DNA of 64,000 nucleotides from the human T2T-CHM13v2.0 reference genome, Homo sapiens: NCBI GenBank assembly GCA_009914755.4, contig CP086569.2, positions 6,304,001 to 6,368,000 of the forward strand, read 5' to 3'. Shown piece by piece: positions 54,891 to 64,000 of this stretch (position 1 is its first letter; each line of letters starts with the position of its first letter). The notes under the pieces were generated by a model. It saw only the letters and a program-made list of their open reading frames with translations, ran no database searches and was not told where the DNA came from. The position numbers and the translations under genes were made by a program.

Positions 54891-55900
54891 TTTTAACATC
54901 TAGAAGAGGATTGTCAGGAATAAATTCAGAATACCCATATTACCTATTTCCAGTACCAATCTCTGAATTTTTTTTAGTTAATAAGCACTTTCTCTTCTTC
55001 TGTTTCATATCCTTGGAATTTGTTTAATTTATGCTTTCTTTCTAATTTCCCAACCCTAGATTTTCTCTATCCTGCAAAGTCATCAAGACTCTTACTTTGC
55101 TAGTTCTAAATTGTGGTAGAACATAGAATAATGGAAGTAAAACCATGTGTTTTCAATTGTAGCACACATACATTGATGGCCTATTTGTGTAAAAATATGG
55201 ATTCTTTCTTTATTTATTTTCTTTATTACTGACATGACCTGGCATCTCCTGCTTTCAATTTGTCCTGAGAATTTGTATACATAGATCTTACATTCAATAA
55301 GATATTGGTTTCTAAAGACAGAAGAAAATTAAGACAACCTTCAGTCCAAATCAAGAAAAATGAAGAATAAGAAGTCCATATAAATAAAGATCCACAATCT
55401 CCTGGGTACAATGACATTTTTAGAACAAGCACAGATACCTAATTTCTGTTCTCTACATTATGAAGAAAGAAAGGCTAAAGAAATTAAAACCCAAAGAAAA
55501 TCATTTCCCAGACACAGAGTAGTTTATCAACCACATGCTCTGAATTTAAAGTAATTTCTACTAGATAAATTTCTGAAGAGACTAGTTTAAAAGGAAACAC
55601 AAAGTGTTAACTCCCAATTAAGTGAGGCAATGCCAAAAATAAATTGCAAGGACATAGGATATTAGGCAAAAATTATGAAATGAGACAAAAATCTATGACA
55701 TTATAGTGATATTTTTCAAAAAGAAATGATGTCTGTGAGCATCTAGTCAGCAAAAAATGCAACCACCATCACGTCACTGTTCTTTTTATTTTCTCTCAAA
55801 TTTCATTTTAAAAAATGTCAAATGTACAGAAAATAGAGTACTTCTCTACCCATCCACTAAATTGAATGATTATGAATGTTTTACCCTACTACATTTCTGT

Positions 55901-55940
55901 ATGTGTGTGTGTATACACACACACACATATATACACCTGA
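55901..55940. repeat. (TG)n(CA)n compound microsatellite
   Basis: tgtatgtgtgtgtgtatacacacacacacatatatacac read directly. Confidence 0.85.
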
Positions 55941-57789
55941 CATTTACATTTCATATCCTGAGCCATTTAAGTTGCAGGAATCTTAAAAAATTTACCCCTA
56001 AATATTTCCAGATGCATCTTCTAAGAAAGGAGACATTTTGTTATATGACCACAATGCTGTTATTACCAATTAAATAGAATTACCTAATATGATCTAGTGT
56101 CTACCCATATTTAAGTGTCCCCAGTTGTCCTCAATTTCAAAACATCTGGGATTTTTTAAGTATTCGTTTTTGGGGGCTAAGATCTAATAACATTTGCCCA
56201 TTGTATTTGGTTGTTATGTCTCTTTAGACAGTTTTAATCCAGAAAGTTTTCCAATCCTTTTGTTCTCTCATAACATTGACTTTTTGAGGAATTCAGGTCA
56301 GTTTTCTTGTAGAATGCTACATATTCGAGAACTATCTATCTTCTTGAGGTATTATATAATTTGTTTCTCTATTTCCTGAATTTAACTATGTATCTCTAAA
56401 TAAAGCAAAAATCAACTTCATTTTTATCACATTAAATAGAAGAAAATAAATGGTATAATAAACATTTCGAATGAAAATTATGTGACTAAAAGACTTTCTG
56501 TATATTTAAGTACATATTCATGTATGAGACGACAAGAAGATATTCTCAGGAGTGTAATATTCAAAAATAATATGAACATTGAGTTCAGAAGTCATGGCAT
56601 AAAAGGACTGCTGTAAAACTTTTCAACAAGTACTGACTTTTAAAATCTTATAAATATGTTTGCAAAGTAATGCAAAAATGAAGTAATTTATGACAGAACA
56701 CCTCTGCAGCTTAGAAAGACAAAATGGTGTGGAGAGATTCACATCATAAACATTTTTCCAGGAATCAATGCAGGAACTTAACAGGAAAACTGAAAGATAC
56801 CACACACTTTTATGAAAGAGGTGGTGGGCTGCAGCCTACACCATGAGCCAAGCTGAAAAAACATGTGGAAAAAGAAAGGAAAGTGAAGCAGTGACCTAGA
56901 CAATAGAAATTTTTTGGCCTGACCTATTTCATTAGATGATTATATTGACGTTAATAAAATGTTTTATGATAATAGTCATTTTATCTTAAATATTCTCCGT
57001 TACCGACACGCACAAACCATAAACACACATTATGGATCTGCAGTGATTACAACTTGCTGGTGAAGAATCTACATGTTTATAATATCTGTCTTAGTTATAC
57101 TTATATTGCATGCCATTATTTTGTAGAATTATTGCTACCACTATCATATAGTCTTGTTTTGGCCAAGTATGTTAATAATATGTTAATAATTGAAATAATA
57201 AATAATGTTTTTAATTTGTGTAGACTAATTTTACAAGACTTGAATCCATATCTATGCTACTATGATTATATGAAAATTAGATATATCTGCTATAATTTTT
57301 TCATAAAACTTAACTAAAGAATGTTAGCTAGGCAAGTGATATTATATACATATCACAAGGACATGTGAAAACCCATGATAAATTCATTAAAAAGCAAAAA
57401 GAAAATTATATATGTTTCATTATAATTTTAATAAAATAAGTGTTACTATAAGCTATATTAAAATCATATTTTTTGGGAACTTGCCATGAATTCTTTTATA
57501 AATGAAGTTCCATTGGAAGATGGTGTGTCATTATGTAGCCTATATTGATCACCTTTATAACTAAAGTTTTGGAGAAATTGTCTTTGTGTATAATTTTTTA
57601 TTGTGGTAAAAATTGCACAACGTGAAATCTAATCCCTTAACAAATTTTTAAGTATACAGTACAGTGTTGTTAACGATATCCAGATTTCTGTACAGAAGAT
57701 TTCTTGAATTTTTCATTTTGCTTGAAGGAAACTCTATATTCATTGAATGGCAACATCCCATTTCTTCATCTCCCCACTGTCTAGCAAAC

Positions 57790-60665
57790 ATCATTTTATT
57801 TCCTCTGCTTCCATGAGTTTGATTATTTTGGTGATACGTATAAATAGAGTTGTGGAGTATTTGTCTTTCTGTGACTAGTTGATTTCACTTAGCATAATGT
57901 TCTGAAGGTTCATCTATGTTGTAGCATGTGACAGGATTTCCTTCTTTTTTAAGGATGAATTATATTTTGTTGTAGTGTATGTTACATTTTCTCTATCAGT
58001 TCGTTCATCAATGGACAGATAAGTTGTTTCCACTTCTTGGTTATTCTTAATCATGATGTAATAAACACAGAAGTACAAATATATGATATCCTGACTTCAA
58101 TTCCTTTGAATAAATATCCAGAAATAAAATTGCTGGCTCATATGGTAATTTTATTTTCAATTATTTTAGGAACTTCTATACTGTATTTCATGGTGGCTGC
58201 ACCATTTTACATTCCCATCAACATATACAAGGTTTCCAATATCTCCACTATTTATTTATTTATTTAATTTATATAATGGCCATCCTAACAGGTGTTAGGT
58301 GATATTTAATTGGGCTTTTTATTTGCATTTTCCTGATGATTTGTAAATTGGAAAAATATGATGCTGACATGACATGTGCTTTTGGCTAAGGATATGAAAA
58401 TGGAACAGAGAAGAGGGGTGCATACAGTGACCAAACCATTTTTCCCTGTGAAAATTATAATGGTAAAATGTGTGTCTTATTCAGTATACAATGTTTGATT
58501 TAAACTGCAATTATGTTGCTTTCTGACTTAGAATATGATAACCTTTTTAGATTTGTACAAATTTTTAATCTCAATCAACAGAAAATATTATTATGCCTGT
58601 CCTAAAATATATATAAACACATATGTAGATACATGATGGTCATCAAAGTCACATGCAATTATTGCATTTATGCACAAACTAAAGACATTTGCCAAGTATT
58701 AAAAGGTAATATCAAATGACACAGTACATTATGCTAAATTCTAAAACACCTTAACATAAATTGACCACATATCTTTATGCAATTTAAATTGATGAGATAA
58801 TATTTTTAATCAAGTCCAATTTTATTATTTTGCTTGTGGATAACCAGTTTTTCCAATACCATTTGTTGAAGAGACTAGTCTTTTCCCCATTGTATAGTGT
58901 TGGCAACCATGTTGAAGATTATTTAACCATATATGTGTGGGCCTATTTATAGGCTGTCTATTGTATTCATTTATACATCCACTCTTATGTTAGTGTCATA
59001 CTATTTTGATCACCATAGTGTTGTAATGTGTTTTGAAGTCAGGAAGTGTGAGATCTCCAGTTTTGTTCTTATTTATCAAGATTTCCTTGCTAGTCAAGAT
59101 TCTGTGTGCTTTCATAAAAATTTTGGATTTTTTTTGTATTTCTGTAAAACATACCGTTGAGATTTTAATAGAGATTGCATTGAATCTGTAAATCACTTTG
59201 GGTAGTATGGGCATTTCAACAGTATTTTCACTTCATGTACGTGGGATATCTTTCCATTTATTTAGGTCTTCTTTATTTCAGCAATATTTGCTAATTTTTA
59301 GTATACCAGTCTTTTGCTGTATTCCTAAGAATTTTATTCTTTTTGATGCTATCGTAAATGGGATTGCTTTTTAAATATTCTTTTCAAATTGTTTGTTCTT
59401 AGCACGCAGAAATGCAATTCATTTTTATATTGACTATCCTGTAATTTTGTTGAATTCCTTTATTCTAACAGATTTTTTGTGTGAAATCTTTAGGGTTGTT
59501 TACATATAAGACCATGTGAGGCCAGGCGTCGTGGCTGACGCCTGTAATCCCAGCACTTTGGGAAGCAGAGGCGGGTGGATCACGAGGTCAGGAGATCGAG
59601 ATTATCCTGGCTAACACGGTGAAATCCCGTCTCTACTAAAAAATACAAAAATTAGCCAGGCGTGGTGGTGTGTGCCTGTAGTCCCAGCTACTCAGGAGGC
59701 TGAGGCAAGAGAATCACTTGAACCCAGGAGGCGGAAGTTGCAGTGAGCGAGATAGCACCACTGCACTGCAGCCTGGGTGACAGAGTGAGACTCCATCTCA
59801 AACAAACAAACAAACAAAAACCATGTGAGTTATGAACAGACGTAGTTTCCTTCCAATTTTGATGCCTTTTATTTATTCTTCCTGACTAATTGTTCTGGCT
59901 AAGACTTCCAGTACTACACCGAATAGCATTGGTAAGAGTGAAGATTCTTGTATTGTTTCTGATTTTGGAGAAAAAGCTTTCAATTCTTTACTGTTGTATA
60001 TGACATTAGCCATGATCATTTCATATATGGCCTTTATTATGATGAGGTAATTTTTCTATTTCTAAATTGTTGAGTGTGTTTGTCAAAAAAGGGTGCTGAA
60101 CTTTGTCATTCTATTTTACATGTGGTGTAATTATTATGTAAATTTTATCTTTCATTCTGTTAATTTGGGTTATTACATTGATTTATTTTCGAAAGTTGAA
60201 CCATCCTTGTATCTCAAAAATAAGCCCTACTTGGTCTTGCTGTATGGTCCCTTTAACATGCTGTTAAATTTTGTTTGCTATTATTTTTTTGAAGATTTTT
60301 GCATATATATTAATCAGGGGTCTTGGTTTCTAGTTTTTTTTTTTTTTCTCTCGGTGTCTTTCTGTGACTTTGCTATGAGCATAATACTAGTCTCAGAAAA
60401 TGAGTTTGGAAGTGTTCTTTTAAATTATTTTGGAAGAGTTTGAGAATAAATAACTTTATTTTTTATGCTTTGGTAGATTGCTGAAGTGAAGCCAGTTATC
60501 TAGTCCTTGGCTTTTCTTTGTTAGAAGATTTGCTTCTCTTGTAGCTTTTCTTTTTCTCTTTTGCTAGCTTCCTTTGTGTTTTATTGATATTTTTTAGTGA
60601 TATGATTTTATTATTATCTTTTTGATTCTGGGAGTTAGAGATTTTCTCCTGCTGGTTTCATGCTG
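57790..60665 (-). mobile_element. Ancient L1 (L1MB/L1MC-grade) 3' UTR plus ORF2 C-terminal half, antisense, interrupted by an Alu
   Basis: Antisense L1M 3' UTR at 57790-58340: cttccatgagtttgattattttgg...tataaatagagttgtggagtatttgtctttctgtgactagttgatttcacttagcataatgttctgaaggttcatctatgttgtagcatgtgacaggatttccttcttttttaaggatgaattatattttgttgtagtgtat...ttcatggtggctgcaccattttacattcccatcaacatatacaagg...gtgttaggtgatatttaattgggctttttatttgcattttcctgatgatt. Antisense ORF2 from about 58790 onwards: ccaataccatttgttgaagagactagtcttttccccattgtatagtgttggc..., gtcaggaagtgtgagatctccagttttgttcttatttatcaag..., gaatctgtaaatcactttgggtagtatgggcatttcaacagtattttcacttcatgtacgtgggatatctttccatttatttaggtcttctttatttcagcaatatttgc..., cttcctgactaattgttctggctaagacttccagtactacaccgaatagcattgg... 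Confidence 0.65.
59521..59820 (+). mobile_element. AluY/AluSc-lineage SINE with perfect target-site duplication, nested in the L1M
   Basis: gccaggcgtcgtggctgacgcctgtaatcccagcactttgggaagcagaggcgggtggatcacgaggtcaggagatcgagattatcctggctaacacggtgaaatcccgtctctactaaaaaatacaaaaattagccaggcgtggtggtgtgtgcctgtagtcccagctactcaggaggctgaggcaagagaatcacttgaacccaggaggcggaagttgcagtgagcgagatagcaccactgcactgcagcctgggtgacagagtgagactccatctc, then an (AAAC)n-A tail. The gatcacgaggtcaggagatcgagac/t...tcc.ggctaacacggtgaaa.cccgtc diagnostic is Y/Sc-lineage. Flanked by 10-bp direct repeats accatgtgag (59511-59520) and accatgtgag (59820-59829, sharing the last A of the tail). Confidence 0.9.
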
Positions 60666-61289
60666 AGCCAGGTGAGGGACTGTAGGGAGTGGTCAAGTGC
60701 TAATCTAAATTGTCACCTTCGTCCTCATAGGTCCCCAAATTGAAGCCTTTTCTTGTCAGTGCTTATATTCTGGCAAGACAGAAGGCAGTCTCCCAGGCAG
60801 TCTTACCACCCCAAAGAAAAGGCAGAATATTTGATATATGGTTCAGTCTTCTCTTTTCTCCCCAGGAAGAAGCTAAGACCTGGGAGATTTCTCTCTATTG
60901 TACCATCACAGTGTACCGGGGAGGGACTATGGTTGGTGAATGCCACAGATTTTTTTTTACCAGCTTCTGTGTGGCTGGTTTCAAAATCATCTAGGGTACA
61001 AAAGCCTCTTTCTTAACAGGTTTTTGGGTTTCTCACAAAGGTAATTGTTTCATATATTTTCTTTGAGTCAGTATCTCCATGAGTTAGAGGGTCTGGAGCT
61101 TCCTATTTTACCACCTTGCTGACATCACCTAGTCTTTCTGTACATTTTATTTTAATGGAGTTTATAGATTAAAATTGACTTCTAAAAAGTAATGTATACC
61201 ACATATGAAATAACTTACCACCTAAAATACCCTTTACAAAGAAAAATAGTAATTTAATTAGTTATCAGCAAAGCACTCCTGTTACTTAG

Positions 61290-61980
61290 TTGGAAATGAC
61301 TTTACATTTGGCTCTATCTTGCACTATTCATGTAGTCATCCAGTGGGTTCTCCTTGCCTGCTGCCTAGAAAAAAGTCGATTTATCAAGATGGGAATTGCA
61401 ATAAAGAGTTTAATTCGTGCAGAACTGGCTATACTGGAGACCAAAATTTTATTATTACTGATGTCAGTCTCCCGAAAAACTCAGGATGGGGTTTATAAGG
61501 ATAATTTGGTGGGTAGTGGGTTGGAAAGTAGGGAGTGCTGATTGGCCGGGTCAGAGGTGAGATTATAGGTAGTCCAAGCAATACTCTTGTGTTGAGTCAG
61601 TCCCTGGGTGGGGGGCACAAGACCAGATGAGCCAGTTTATTGATCTGGGTGGTTCCAGCTAATCCATGGAGTGCAAGGTCTTCAAAATATCTCAAATACT
61701 GATATTAGGGTTTACAATAGTGATATTATCCCCAGGAGCAATTTGGGAAGGTTCAGAATCATAATTTCTAATCTTGTAGCTAATTCGTTAGGCCTGCAAA
61801 GGCAGTCCAGTCTCAAGACAGGAAAGTGATTTGTTTTGAGAAAGGGCTGTTATCATTTTTGTTTCAAAGTTAAACTATAAATTAAGTTCCTCCCAAAGTT
61901 AGTTCAGCCTACACCCACTAATAAACACAGACAGTTTGGAGGGTAGAAGCAAATAAGATGGAGTTGATTAGGTAAGATGT
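61290..61980 (-). mobile_element. Class I ERV-like solo LTR, antisense (family not determined)
   Basis: On the minus strand it reads ...gactgactcaacacaagagtattgcttggactacctataatctcacctctgacccggccaatcagcactccctactttccaacccactacccaccaaattatccttataaaccccatcctgagtttttcgggagactgacatcagtaataataaaattttggtctccagtatagccagttctgcacgaattaaactctttattgcaattcccatc. This gives a CCAAT box, a TATA-like ttataaa, an AATAAA poly-A signal and a U5-like tail in canonical LTR order. The boundaries are approximate. Confidence 0.4.
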
Positions 61981-64000
61981 CTTTTGCTGTAATGATTTTC
62001 TCAGTTATAATTTTTGCAAAGGTGGTTTCATTCAAAATTGCTCCTTGAATCTTGGATTAAATGTCATATCATGGGTATATTTGTTGCATTTTCAAAAGTG
62101 GATTGCTTCCTCTTTCTCTGTAATTGTGTTTCAGTTGTGATTGATTCACAATTTTAGTATATCTATGTAGAAAGCAGGTATATATGTGCATAAGCACAAA
62201 ACTTCCATCACATCCCTGGACTATGCATTATAAGTTGTTTTTTGAGTTGGCTAAATGAGAATATTTTTGCAAGAGATCAGTTTCTAGATTAAACCTATTT
62301 TATTAACAGTTAAAAAGGTGACCGTCATTTTGAAAATAATATAAACATTTTGTAGGTTAAATATTTGTTCACAGTATATGGTTGTTTTTAGTTTTAACTT
62401 AATAAGAAGACTTGGATACACTGATAGCTATAAAAATCCAGTCCTAAACTACTTGCCATAAAAATGCTATGAGCTTTAGAGTTCGGAGTTCTAGCATATT
62501 GAATAGTAAAACATTAAAGAAGATCACCTGTTCATTAAAATATGATATAATACTCTTCATCTTCTAAAGCAGAATGTGTTTTTGTTTGTGTGCTTACTTA
62601 CTAGAAAAAACAGATAAAAGAAGACTGTCACATTGCATGTAATGCCTTACTTTTAGGTTGAAAATAAGCAGAGATTTATACAATTCATTCTGTTTCCTTT
62701 TGTTGTATTTTTGAAACTTCAAGGACAATTATTATTTTTTCCTTTTCTAGCAAATAAATCCATTTCCACTGACAAATTGTAACTTTGGAGAAATGGAATA
62801 TTTTCTTCCATTTTTGAAATAAAACTTTAGTAATAATTTTGATATTCTACTTTACCTTTAATTCATAATTCATTAATTTTAAGAAAATTTGATTAAAATA
62901 ACTTTAAAATTTAATACAGGCTTGTTTTCTTGGATTTTATTTAATCAAGGCTTTTAGTTTACTGTTACTATTTTTCAGTAGTGTTTTCTTATTTTTATGA
63001 CTGTTAATGACTTATTTACGTCTTTCATTCTTTCAATGTTATTCCCTGTCGATGCCATAAATTTCTACCTATCTCTGGAAATAGCACATCCTGTCTATCC
63101 TTCAATCCCTAGACCAGATTTCTTTTTCCACTCAGCCTTCTGTATTGGTAGGATTTCAATTAGTCGCAACAAATAATATATCTGACAAATGCTGGTTTAA
63201 ACAAATACAAGAAATGCAGAGTGATTCAATCCAGGTAGGTTTATGGCTTATTGAAATAATCAAGGATGAAGATCTTTTCTACACTTCTACTCCGCCATCC
63301 TTACACGCATGCTTCATTATGATCGTTGCAAGATGGCTGCTTCATCTCCAGCTTATTTCTGCTTTCCAGGCAGGTGGGAGGCAGAAGGATAACGAAAAAT
63401 GAGCCAAAAAATTTAGTTTTTCAAGGCATTCCTGGGTCCATATTAATGATTTCTTCTTAGCTTTTATTAGTCAAGCTGGATGTTGTATATGATCTTACCT
63501 GCAAGTGAGTTTTGTAAGGTAAATGTTTAGCTTTCTATACTATATAGTAAAAGAAATGAAAAAGAGGAGGTTCTGAAAGTGTTTAGGTTAGCCAATTCAA
63601 ATCACCACATCTTATACGTTCTTCCTGCTTGTCACATAGAAGTGGCTTTCTCTCTTTTGATTCCTACATTTGTATTATGGCAACTGTTGTAATAAAATTG
63701 AGTGCCATTTACTGAGTTCTTACCAAATGATAACACAGTGCTTGGGTTATCTTTAATTCACTTAATCCTAACAGGAACCATATAAATATACAGGCTTATA
63801 ATTCCTGATGCACTAATGAGAACACTAAGGGCCAGAGTGATTTAAAAGTCATTTCCAAACACTCCTAACCAGTGAATAATAGAGCTAGAATAGTTGACCA
63901 TGTTCATCTAACTCTAAACTCCATGATTTTGATAACTATAATATATTACCTCCTACTCTAGCTGGATTTTTTTACATTGTATATCTGTGCCTATCTTGAC

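Noticed and set aside
54554-55027. 157-aa plus-strand ORF
   Set aside because: Spans the antisense AluJ (54589-54890) and flanking low-complexity sequence. The translation contains typical antisense-Alu peptide strings (e.g. ...[30 protein letters not shown]...).
60665-61290. Possible additional TE between the L1M and the ERV1-like LTR
   Set aside because: The sequence (gagccaggtgagggactgtagggagtggtcaag...ccaggaagaagctaagacctgggag...) gave me no recognisable consensus block. I left it unannotated rather than guess.

Overview
This window is primate (human-type) nuclear DNA from an AT-rich, gene-poor region, not a prokaryotic or accessory locus. Primate-specific Alu SINEs, L1PA-type LINE-1, THE1 and HERV9/LTR12 elements place it in a catarrhine genome. 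I found no credible protein-coding exon, rRNA, tRNA, CRISPR array or operon. All ORFs of 60-160 aa in the six-frame track fall inside transposable elements or tandem repeats. More than half of the window is recognisable interspersed repeat.

The main structures are:
- An old minus-strand L1 spanning about 17.4-29.9 kb that hosts four later insertions.
- A second near full-length minus-strand L1 at about 44.4-51.2 kb carrying a THE1 LTR.
- A 5'-truncated ERV provirus remnant at about 37.5-40.9 kb with a recognisable decayed integrase.
- Several Alu insertions, two with clear target-site duplications.
- Microsatellites and minisatellites.

I see no evidence of a novel biological system. The interesting content is transposable-element biology: nested insertions with readable target-site duplications, a CpG-rich LTR12 solo LTR with CCAAT-type U3 repeats, a head-to-head L1 ORF2 inverted repeat, and a 28-bp-period minisatellite abutting an Alu tail.

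All coordinates are eyeball estimates, accurate to roughly 10-30 bp. Family names come from recalled consensus features, not from a database search.
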